DNA of 64,000 bases from an uncultured Rhodothermales bacterium (GTDB taxonomy: Bacteria; Bacteroidota; Rhodothermia; Rhodothermales; UBA10348). Both the position numbers and the translations under genes were made by a program. Under the pieces are notes generated by a model that worked only from the letters and a program-made list of their open reading frames with translations, had not been told where the DNA came from and did not search any database. The stretch lies in contig CAYLHF010000017.1 of assembly GCA_964383365.1 (NCBI GenBank), positions 3,506 to 67,505 of the forward strand. Direction: 5' to 3'. This document shows positions 51,240 to 60,082 of the stretch, piece by piece; the stretch's first letter is position 1; every line of letters starts with the position of its first letter.

Positions 51240-53570
51240 TTATTGCGTCGACCCGAACGGGATCTGAAGCCGCAGGACGATATTTCGCCCCGGTTCGTCG
51301 ATGAAATAGCGGAACCGGCTGAGGAAGTCCCGATACCGTTCATTGAAAACGTTTCTGACGGACAGGCTCAGCCGAAGAGGAGCCGTCCCCACGTTCAATT
51401 CCGCGCCCAGTTGCGCGTTTATGATCGTGTAGCCATCGGGTGGGGGAGCGTAATCGACGTTTGCAGGAACCCGGTCCTGTTTACTGATAAATTGTGCCTC
51501 AATGTCGAGAAACGAGTCCTGAAACGAACGACTATCCGGCAGTGAGATCTGCGAATGTATCACGATTCTGTCGGACGGCATGCCAAATATCGGCTCGCTC
51601 GTGACCAGGTTGTCGGCCCGGAGTACGGACGCCTGCCCACCGAACAATAATCGGGGTGTCAGCTTAAAATCCAGATAACCGTCGAGGCCAGTCAACTCGG
51701 CATCATTTTGTTGATATCTAAACGTCGGAAAAACGCCGCGAAGCGTTATCGTCGGACTTGGATCTGGAATCAGATACAGGTAGTTGTCGATTCGATTTCT
51801 AAAGGCACTCAGTTCGAACGTCAGTCGATCATCGGCGTGTCGGAGGGTCGTATTCAGGTCCAGGCTTCGTTCTCCCACCAGGGACGCGTCCCCGATCTCG
51901 ACCTGTGCGGTCCCGTGATGCAGGCCGTTACTGTAGAGTTCGTTGACTCCCGGCGGTCTCCATCCCGTACCCAGATTTGCACTGATGGACCAGGAAGATG
52001 CAAACCGATACGTCGCCCCCGTCACTCCTGACACGTTACTGAAGCGGTGAATCCGGCGACTAAACCGGTCCTTCTTCTTGTCAAAAGGAAACACGCGCAT
52101 CCATCGATAATCGTACCTGAGGCCGGCTTCTATGGAAAACCCCTCGTTCACGAAGGAACCGCGGGCGAAGCCACTTCCGGTGACCGCTCTGAAATTGGGA
52201 ATAAGAAAACCAGGCTCGATGTTAAAGTTGGCCTGATTCATCCCGCTAAGGCCGATGGTCCCGAACAGTCTCCCTCTCGGCCTGAAGCGCAGTCTGGTTT
52301 CGAGTGTATGCGTCTGGAGTTTCATGTCAAACCCGGGACGGACTTCGCTCCGACGCAAAAACGGCACGTCGAACTCTTTTCGGCGATTGTTCTGGAAGCC
52401 ATACTGAATCTCCAGTCTGTCTCCCGAGGTGAGATGTAGGATGGACTGAAGAGAAATGAGATCATGTCGAATCTCCTGCTTGGGAGCATCTATCGCGTAG
52501 TTGGCGCGGACCACCTGTGGAGGGCGTCCGCGAGCGATGGCATCCAGGAGTCCGGATAGATTGCCAATGTGGGATCCTGAGTAGATACCCAGTTCGGTAT
52601 CGTAGTGACTGAAGACGCCTTTTAACTCCAGACGGTCTCCAAGATACCCGAGTGAGATACGTCCATCGGATTCCCGGAAGGCAGAGTTCGTAATAACGTA
52701 GTCCGGGGCGCTGGCATCTCGTGCCTCCCTGAAACTTCCCTGTATTCGCCATCCAAAACCCTCTACGCCAGCAACACCGCCCTCGAGGGCCAGCGCCCCG
52801 GCACCCTGTAGATTGTTGGAAAACCCGTTGAGCGTCAGCCTTCCGCTCACTCCCGGACGGGTTGGAAGTGGGGGTGCCTCGAGACGGATGGCACCGCCAA
52901 GAGCACCTACTCCATATTCAACCCCTGCCGCCCCCTTAATAACTTCTATCCGGCTCTGGGAAAACGGATCGATCTCCGGACCATGATCTCCACCCCACTG
53001 TTGTCCCTCCAGAGGGACGCCTGCGTTGAGGATGATAATACGTTGACTGTGGAGACCACGGATAACCGGCTTGGAGATTGACGGTCCGGTCGATAGCGAT
53101 CGAACGCCCGGTAGTTTTTCCAGGGTCTCTCCCAGAGTCTGTCCGCGGACATCGTCCAGTCTCTTTCCCTCGAGAACAGAAACAGACTGTTGTGATCGGG
53201 TGAGGATATCCCGGGCATCGCTGACGTCGGTAACCGTAACTCCCTCGGACTCGATAACAGCGGGCAACAATGTTACGTCGAGATGTACGGATCTGTCAGA
53301 AATCGAAACTGTTCGTCGCTCCAATACATATCCGACATACCTGAAGTTAACCAGAAACGTACCTTCCGGTAGCGGACCAAGGGTAAATCTCCCGTCGAGA
53401 TCGGTTACCTGTCCCATTTGCAGGGTCTCGATGGTGACGGTGACATCCTGAAGCGGTTTGTTTCGCTCGTCCAGAACCCTTCCCGAAAGGTCCTGGCCGA
53501 TAGATATTCGAGTCCCACAGACACCCAGGACAACACACATCAGCAGGATCCTTTTGCTCGCAGTAGACAT
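51240..53570 (-). CDS. TonB-dependent receptor with N-terminal carboxypeptidase-like domain (metal uptake type)
   Basis: TLGETLEKLPGV, KPVIRGL, GQQWGGDHGPEID, IEVIKGA, ELYSNGLHHGT, C-terminal EPGRNIVLRLQIPF; start ATG 53570. Confidence 0.93.
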   Translation of the reverse strand: MSTASKRILLMCVVLGVCGTRISIGQDLSGRVLDERNKPLQDVTVTIETLQMGQVTDLDGRFTLGPLPEGTFLVNFRYVGYVLERRTVSISDRSVHLDVTLLPAVIESEGVTVTDVSDARDILTRSQQSVSVLEGKRLDDVRGQTLGETLEKLPGVRSLSTGPSISKPVIRGLHSQRIIILNAGVPLEGQQWGGDHGPEIDPFSQSRIEVIKGAAGVEYGVGALGGAIRLEAPPLPTRPGVSGRLTLNGFSNNLQGAGALALEGGVAGVEGFGWRIQGSFREARDASAPDYVITNSAFRESDGRISLGYLGDRLELKGVFSHYDTELGIYSGSHIGNLSGLLDAIARGRPPQVVRANYAIDAPKQEIRHDLISLQSILHLTSGDRLEIQYGFQNNRRKEFDVPFLRRSEVRPGFDMKLQTHTLETRLRFRPRGRLFGTIGLSGMNQANFNIEPGFLIPNFRAVTGSGFARGSFVNEGFSIEAGLRYDYRWMRVFPFDKKKDRFSRRIHRFSNVSGVTGATYRFASSWSISANLGTGWRPPGVNELYSNGLHHGTAQVEIGDASLVGERSLDLNTTLRHADDRLTFELSAFRNRIDNYLYLIPDPSPTITLRGVFPTFRYQQNDAELTGLDGYLDFKLTPRLLFGGQASVLRADNLVTSEPIFGMPSDRIVIHSQISLPDSRSFQDSFLDIEAQFISKQDRVPANVDYAPPPDGYTIINAQLGAELNVGTAPLRLSLSVRNVFNERYRDFLSRFRYFIDEPGRNIVLRLQIPFGSTQ

Positions 53571-53776
53571 GACGACAACGTTGAAATGAGAGGTCTCCCT
53601 GATGGGAAGGACGATGGGCACTCGGCAGATCGACAGCCGATCCAGAGGACTACACGCGTCTACTGGTGATGAGACTGATCAGACGTAAATGAGCAAACCG
53701 GAGGCCGGCCCATTTTGAGTGCAAGAAGTTGAAGGGTGAGACTACACCGCTTCTGAACGGATGAATAACCCGTGTG

Positions 53777-54199
53777 TCAGACTACCGGCGGACCACGCGC
53801 CGGAAACGTATATACGGCTCTGCCGGAGGACGTTTCGTTACCAGCTATCGAGATGTGAGTCGGTGATCCAACCGGATGAACAGATTGCTGAGCAGCCGGT
53901 TCGGCAAGGAGTAGAGACGCGATCAGCGACCAGTAGAGACACCCACCGTGGCCATCCATTCCGGCCGGGTCAACATGGCTGATATCTCGGGTTTCCGAAT
54001 ACGTAACGACTCGGATTGTGTGTGATTCATCGCCGACTTCCGACTCAGCGGATGTCCGCCCCGACACCATCATCAGATGCATCCCGTATGCTTCCGAGAA
54101 AAGCATGAATGCATAGTGGGACGCGGGCGCAAGGACACTTCCGACGACAAACGTCGTCAACAAAAGTCGCGAAAAAATATAGTTCCGGGCAGATATCAC
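53777..54199 (-). CDS. DUF2946-like upstream ORF with C-terminal RGPP motif
   Basis: N-terminal hydrophobic helix, 7 His, GHGGCLYW, ends FPARGPPVV*; sits before the TonB receptor. Confidence 0.7.
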   Translation of the reverse strand: MISARNYIFSRLLLTTFVVGSVLAPASHYAFMLFSEAYGMHLMMVSGRTSAESEVGDESHTIRVVTYSETRDISHVDPAGMDGHGGCLYWSLIASLLLAEPAAQQSVHPVGSPTHISIAGNETSSGRAVYTFPARGPPVV

Positions 54200-54315
54200 G
54201 CAGACAGAAATCAGTTGGTTCGTGTCTCGATTCCGGGGAAAAGTAGCCGGACGACTCCGGTACTTAGACGTGTTACTCTCGGAATGTTACGAAAATAACC
54301 ACCAAGATCCAGCGA

Positions 54316-56766
54316 TCATTCATATCGGAGACTGACGATCGGATTGCTTCCCGAGGCACGGATGGTCTGGTAGCCAATGCTCAGCAGCGCGAGAGCAAGT
54401 ACACTGGACAGTACAACGCCGGCCTCAAACCAGCCGGGATTGAATCTGAAAGCAAATCTTTCCAGCCACATATTCATGACCAGAAACGATACAGGCAAGG
54501 CGACGGTCTCCGCCAACAGGATCAGCCTCAGGAACTCGAGCGAGAGCATTCGTGACAGCCCGGTCGAAGAGGCGCCCAGTACTTTTCGAATTCCCAATTC
54601 TTTCGTTCGACGTTGCGCCGAGAAAGTGGACAGACCGAACAGGCCCAGACAGGCAATGAGCATAGCCAGAAGCGATGCGTACGCGATCATATGCTGCCAT
54701 CTTCGCTCAGAGGTATATCGACTGGTGAGATCATCGTCCACAAAAAAGCCATTGAACACTTTTTCCGGGTACACGCGATTCCAGAACGCCGCAATCGACT
54801 GACGGGCGATCAGAACCTCAGACGGGTCGATCCGAAAGTACAGGAATCGATAGGAATCTCGCGGGGCGAGAAAAAGAACCATGGGTTCGATTCGCTCGTG
54901 CAGGGACTTGAAATTGAAGTCGTCGATGACACCGACTACACGTACGGGATTCTCACCGATCACGTTGAATCCTTCAATCGTTTGTTCCAGCGGCCGGGTC
55001 CACCCAAATTCAGTGACAAGGGCCTGGTTGACCAAAACAGATCCGGTGAGATCTCCCGGGAAATCCGCGCTGAGCGCACGTCCAATCTGCATTGGAATCC
55101 CCATTTCCTCGAGATAATTGGAGGTGATTCTACTCGTGTAGATGAGGTGTGCCCCGCCGTCAGGAGTGGAGAACGAATTCCATGCCAGCGACCGATCGAA
55201 CCCTGTCGACGCAGCTGAAACGCCGCGAACCCCCCGCATTTCGCCAAGAGAATTCGCCACGCGCTCGAAAGCGGCTGTTGATTCCGACGGACTTTCATAA
55301 TCCAGTCTAACCGCGAACAGTCTGTGGGGATCGAACCCCAGGTTTTTGGTTTCGATGAACGAGAGTTGACCGTGGATGACGAGGGCGGCAAACAGGAACG
55401 TACCGGTGAGTGCGAACTGGACGACGACCAACGCCTTCATCCATCGACTCCTACCCAGCGGATTCGACTGGCGAATCATATCGATCGGAGAAAATCTGGA
55501 TAGAAAAATCGACGGATATATTCCCGCAAGAAATGCGGTTGTCAGCGTGAGGATGGAGATGAAGAGTAGTCCGTTCAGATCCAGAAGGCCCAGATCGAGG
55601 TGAATACCTGCCGAGCGACCGAGCGCAGGAAGCAGCGACTGAGCCAACCCGAGGCCGAGGAGGAGAGAGAGGACGGTGAAAAGAAGCGCTTCTCCCTGAA
55701 ATTGTCCAATAAGTTGTCTTCGACTTGCCCCCAGGACTTTCCTCATTCCAGCCTCTTTCGCGCGTTGAAGAGCTCGTGCCGTCGCCAGGGTCGTAAAATT
55801 GATACAGGCAAGAAGCAATATGGCCAGAGCGAGGACGGTAGACAGGTACGCGTATACGGGATCAGCTGATTCCGTGTGGGACTGTTGGACCCGATTGGCA
55901 AAGTGGATGGAACGAAGCGGTCTCAGATACAGGTGAAAAGAACCGGGATCCGGGCTCATCCACTTCAAGATTTTCCAGGTCCTCATCATTGGTCCGTAAT
56001 GGGCGTCTGTAAATGGAACCAACCCGGAAGACAGCGTCTCTTCGGCGTTTTTAGACTCCCTGTCGGTATCGGTGTCTCCAATATTGCCGAGCCGCACGAA
56101 CGTATTGGACCCCCAGGATGTCCAACTTCCTTCGAGGCCCGGGTAATCGCTGAAGGACTCTATTCGAATCAAAATGCCCGCGTCCAGGCTGGAATTCATT
56201 CCTGGGTCCGGAATAACAGCTGAGACGGAAAAAGATGTCGGCATGCCACCCTGACTGATTTCGATCACCTGGCCGACGGGATCCTCATTGCCGAAAAGAT
56301 TTTTCGCCGTCGATGCCGTCAGAACGACATCTTCGGGTGCCGAAAGCAGCTTTTTATTTCTGCCCGACAAGACCGGTGTCGGAAACACGCGGAAGAATGA
56401 GGCCCCCACGAAATAAACCGATTCGTCGTAGAATTCGTCCCCGGGCTTCCGAACTGAAAGGGTTGCCGCTTTGACGGGTGTGGCAGCCTCTACGATCGCG
56501 AACTCCTGCTCGAGAGCGGCAGCCAGAGGGAGGGGCTGTCCGGCGGTCTGATTTCGATCACCGTCGAGAGCAACCGTCTCTATTTCAACCCGGTACACGG
56601 AGTTGCTTCCGGGGATGCGCTCGTCGAACGACCACTCGGCACGTACATAGCTCAGAAGAATCAGACAGGCAGCAATACCAACGCTGAGGCCGATGATATT
56701 TATGGTGCTATAGACACGTTGCCGGGCAATATTTCGGATCGAAAGTTTGAGATAATTCAGAATCAT
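54316..56766 (-). CDS. ABC transporter permease, MacB/FtsX family (duplicated)
   Basis: INIIGLSVGIA, LLACINFTTL, RAKEAGMRKVLGA, IACLGLFGL, RRTKELGIRKVLGA, NPIVSLRYE. Confidence 0.93.
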   Translation of the reverse strand: MILNYLKLSIRNIARQRVYSTINIIGLSVGIAACLILLSYVRAEWSFDERIPGSNSVYRVEIETVALDGDRNQTAGQPLPLAAALEQEFAIVEAATPVKAATLSVRKPGDEFYDESVYFVGASFFRVFPTPVLSGRNKKLLSAPEDVVLTASTAKNLFGNEDPVGQVIEISQGGMPTSFSVSAVIPDPGMNSSLDAGILIRIESFSDYPGLEGSWTSWGSNTFVRLGNIGDTDTDRESKNAEETLSSGLVPFTDAHYGPMMRTWKILKWMSPDPGSFHLYLRPLRSIHFANRVQQSHTESADPVYAYLSTVLALAILLLACINFTTLATARALQRAKEAGMRKVLGASRRQLIGQFQGEALLFTVLSLLLGLGLAQSLLPALGRSAGIHLDLGLLDLNGLLFISILTLTTAFLAGIYPSIFLSRFSPIDMIRQSNPLGRSRWMKALVVVQFALTGTFLFAALVIHGQLSFIETKNLGFDPHRLFAVRLDYESPSESTAAFERVANSLGEMRGVRGVSAASTGFDRSLAWNSFSTPDGGAHLIYTSRITSNYLEEMGIPMQIGRALSADFPGDLTGSVLVNQALVTEFGWTRPLEQTIEGFNVIGENPVRVVGVIDDFNFKSLHERIEPMVLFLAPRDSYRFLYFRIDPSEVLIARQSIAAFWNRVYPEKVFNGFFVDDDLTSRYTSERRWQHMIAYASLLAMLIACLGLFGLSTFSAQRRTKELGIRKVLGASSTGLSRMLSLEFLRLILLAETVALPVSFLVMNMWLERFAFRFNPGWFEAGVVLSSVLALALLSIGYQTIRASGSNPIVSLRYE

Positions 56767-56968
56767 GATAACGTCGAAGAATGGATTACCTCAATGGGTG
56801 TTGAATATCCCAACACCCTTCCAATTAACGTGCCTATGTATGATTCATGCCTCAGATACGACGAATGAGCGGTCCGATACGATATTTATGTTCACTATCG
56901 AACAGTTGCTGTTCGGCGTTGTACGAATAAGCATAATCGGCAAAGGTGGAGATGCACAACGGAAGCCA

Positions 56969-57649
56969 CTACGAACCGACATCATCTTCTGGTGATTGGA
57001 TGGGGATCTTGAGTTCTCGGTCGGCCCATCGAATGGCCAGAATAGTGCTGTCCGCGGAAGACGAGAAAGCGTCAATGGTCAGTCGCTCTGTATGGTATCG
57101 CGTCGCCGAGACAGGTACCAGGATCGAACCAATCTCCTGCTTTCGTACGTCAGGTCCAATCATGTTTCCCCAATGAAATGTTGAACCTGTCACGAAGATT
57201 TCCCACCATGAAGAATCTGGTCGGGCGTACAGAGCGTATCGTCCAGACGGTACCGTCAGGTTTCCGAATCGGATGGAACGGCTGACGAAGAGGCGCGTGG
57301 GTTCGTTTGCGCCAAGGCGCCATAAACGACCATTTGGTACCAGTGGTGCGCCAGAGACAGTATCTTGTTCTGATCCCGGTAGCGAGTCGAAAACCAGACG
57401 ACCCCTGGCGGAGGGTTGACCGTAGCAGACCTGGATATCCGCATCGCCGACTCCAAATCGGGTCTTACCCATTGGACTGGCCGCTTCGCTCACCAGGTTC
57501 AGATACGTAGAGGGACTCGTCCAATCCGGAAGGCACGGACCCAGGGCCAGAGACGGGGGAAAGAAATACAATCCTCGAGTCGCCGCCAGATAGAAAATGA
57601 CTACGACTGGTAGTACGATGAGGACAATCTTTTTTAGCGTATTCATCAA
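56969..57649 (-). CDS. DUF2911 domain protein
   Basis: ASPMG, CYGQPSARGR, LWRLGANEPT, GRYALYARP, TERLTI, IRWA. Confidence 0.85.
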   Translation of the reverse strand: MMNTLKKIVLIVLPVVVIFYLAATRGLYFFPPSLALGPCLPDWTSPSTYLNLVSEAASPMGKTRFGVGDADIQVCYGQPSARGRLVFDSLPGSEQDTVSGAPLVPNGRLWRLGANEPTRLFVSRSIRFGNLTVPSGRYALYARPDSSWWEIFVTGSTFHWGNMIGPDVRKQEIGSILVPVSATRYHTERLTIDAFSSSADSTILAIRWADRELKIPIQSPEDDVGS

Positions 57650-57704
57650 GGAGGAGAAGATTTGCTGTAGCGGGTCGTGTATGAACCCGTTCCGTTCTTG
57701 TTGA

Positions 57705-58607
57705 TCACATCAGAATCGGATACCCGGAGGAAGCCGTTTCATGCGCATACCATTCAGACATTTTCTTCGTAATTGGACCGACGGTGCCGTCACTGACGGT
57801 GCGGCCATCGACTCTGGTGACAGCAGCGATCTCTCCCATGGTTCCGGTACAGAATATCTCGTCCGCCGTATAAACTGATGTCATAGACAGCTTCTGCTCC
57901 CAGTATGACAGTCCATGATCCTTACACAAATCCAGAACCGTTTGCCGGGTGATGCCCTCCGGGCACGCCTCTGTCGTTGGCGTGAGAACGGTCCCGGACC
58001 GAACGAGAAAGATGTGGGTACCGTGGGCCTCGGCCACAAATCCCTGGCGATCGAGCATGAGCGCCGAGTCGGCCCCGGCCGCATTGGCCTCAATTTTTGC
58101 AAGGATAGATTGAATCAGATTATTGTGGTGGATATTCGGATCGAGACAGTCGGGTGGAAACCGACGGATCGAACTGGTCACGAACGTTAGCCCGTCCTTG
58201 CGGTAGACCGGCGATTTGAACTCAGCGAGAACGATTAGGGTAGGTCCCGACTGATTCAGACGAGGATCCATTCCGGATGTAATTTTAATGCCACGAGTCA
58301 GCGTAAGGCGAATGTGAACCCCGTCGACCATCTGGTTCGCCTCGAGCGTCTTTCGGATTTCGGCGATTAGCTCTTCGATGGAAGGGATTTTCGCAAAGGC
58401 CAATGCCCGCGCCGATCTCCTGAGCCTATCGAGGTGTTCTTCCAGCCTGAAAATCTTACCCTCGTAGAGCCGAAGACCCTCCCAGACGGCATCTCCACCT
58501 TGAACGGCGCTGTCAAACGGACTGATCCCCGCCTGGTCTCGATGAATCAGATCCCCATTGATATTTACCAACAGCACCTTGTTGCGCTCATCAAACTGTT
58601 GAAGCAT
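57705..58607 (-). CDS. Class IV aminotransferase-like protein (IlvE/Dat/PabC fold)
   Basis: GDAVWEGLR, LEEHLDRL, IHHNNL, ALMLD, PEGITR, ADEIFCTGTMGEI, GPITK. Confidence 0.88.
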   Translation of the reverse strand: MLQQFDERNKVLLVNINGDLIHRDQAGISPFDSAVQGGDAVWEGLRLYEGKIFRLEEHLDRLRRSARALAFAKIPSIEELIAEIRKTLEANQMVDGVHIRLTLTRGIKITSGMDPRLNQSGPTLIVLAEFKSPVYRKDGLTFVTSSIRRFPPDCLDPNIHHNNLIQSILAKIEANAAGADSALMLDRQGFVAEAHGTHIFLVRSGTVLTPTTEACPEGITRQTVLDLCKDHGLSYWEQKLSMTSVYTADEIFCTGTMGEIAAVTRVDGRTVSDGTVGPITKKMSEWYAHETASSGYPILM

Positions 58608-59934
58608 GTTTTTTTCTCCTGATCCAAAACCAACTTATCGGAAGTCCGCTCGCCACAAATAACAGGTCCACCATACTCTTCTCCCACTCGAACACCAGAC
58701 GGAATAAGAGGAGTCCGATGACGCCCACGAGATACACTATCGGAAGAAGAGGATACAGCGGCATACGAAATGCATCTCGTTCGCCAACTCCTTCCCGACG
58801 TAGTTTGAAGAGGGCGAAGGTAGTCAGCGTATAGAATATCAGAATCGCGAAGACCATTCCGGCCACGATGGTTTCGAACGATCCGCGGACAACGAGGATG
58901 ACGGCGGCCCATCCACAATGGGCGACAACCGCCCGGGAGGGCGTTTTGAACCTGGTGTGAACTGAATCGAGTGACTTGAAGAACAGGCCGTCTCGTGCCA
59001 TCGCGTAATACACCCTACTCGACGACATCATGGTTCCGTTGATACTCCCCAGGGCCGAAATGATCGCCAGGAGGGCGATAACGGCGGCTCCTTTCGAACC
59101 AATCATCAGTTGTGCGACATCGGCCGCAGGTGTTGCCGTCAGTCGCATCGCCTCGACACCGAGCGCATAGTGATAAATCGAAATGATGGTCCAGTATAGC
59201 ACGAGAATGATGGCCATTCCATACACCATCGTTCGCGGTATCACGTCACGAGGATTTTTCATTTCGCCGGCCACATACCCGACCCGGTCCCATCCGGCGT
59301 GCGTGAACACGATGAGCATGAGCGCCGCGATCAGGTTTCCTGTCGGAGCAAGAGGAGTTTGCGTCGCGACATGTTCCCCAAGCAAATTCGGAAGGCCGTT
59401 TAATAGCATCGCTCCGGCAGTAGCAAAAACGAGCAGACCCACGACTTTTATACCAGTCGATACTTTCTGAAACAGACTCGCCCATTCGATTCCGACGTAA
59501 TTGAATATACCCAGAAGAGACAGGTACCCAAGAGCGATACCGGTGTGATATGACGGCGTCAGAGGAATAAAAAATCCGGTATAATCTGCCGCGATAATCG
59601 AGAGGCCTGCTGCCGGGCTCGTTCGGATAATGAACAGTTGCGCCCACCCGAACATGAATCCGGCCCACCGGCCAAAACATCGCGTGATGTATACATATTC
59701 GCCTCCGGTGGCGGGTAGGCGGGTTCCCAGTTCTGCATATATCAGTCCGCCGATCATCACGAATCCTCCGACGATCAGCCAGGTCAGCAGCACGCCGCTG
59801 TATGACTCGAAATAGCCTGAGATAATCGAAGGAGTGGTGTAGATACCCGAACCAATCGTGATTCCGATAAGAAGCGCGATCCCGTCCGAGAGGCGGAGGG
59901 TTTTCTTGAGTTTCGGCGTTTCGGGATGTGGCAT
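58591..59934 (-). CDS. APC family amino acid permease
   Basis: GITIGSGIY, YAELGT, GGEYVY, GEMKNPRDVIPR, SRVYYAMARDG, FKTPSRA. Confidence 0.92.
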   Translation of the reverse strand: MPHPETPKLKKTLRLSDGIALLIGITIGSGIYTTPSIISGYFESYSGVLLTWLIVGGFVMIGGLIYAELGTRLPATGGEYVYITRCFGRWAGFMFGWAQLFIIRTSPAAGLSIIAADYTGFFIPLTPSYHTGIALGYLSLLGIFNYVGIEWASLFQKVSTGIKVVGLLVFATAGAMLLNGLPNLLGEHVATQTPLAPTGNLIAALMLIVFTHAGWDRVGYVAGEMKNPRDVIPRTMVYGMAIILVLYWTIISIYHYALGVEAMRLTATPAADVAQLMIGSKGAAVIALLAIISALGSINGTMMSSSRVYYAMARDGLFFKSLDSVHTRFKTPSRAVVAHCGWAAVILVVRGSFETIVAGMVFAILIFYTLTTFALFKLRREGVGERDAFRMPLYPLLPIVYLVGVIGLLLFRLVFEWEKSMVDLLFVASGLPISWFWIRRKKHASTV

Positions 59935-60082
59935 GGGTCGGTCAGTTTAATAGCCGGAGGATACAGGGTGAATGGAGGAGAGGCAAGAATATCAGATCCG
60001 AGGAGTGACACGACTCATTTCAAACCGGGTCGGAGGCCGTTATCTTGGCGGGATTCCATTTACGACATTCCGGTTCAAATCT

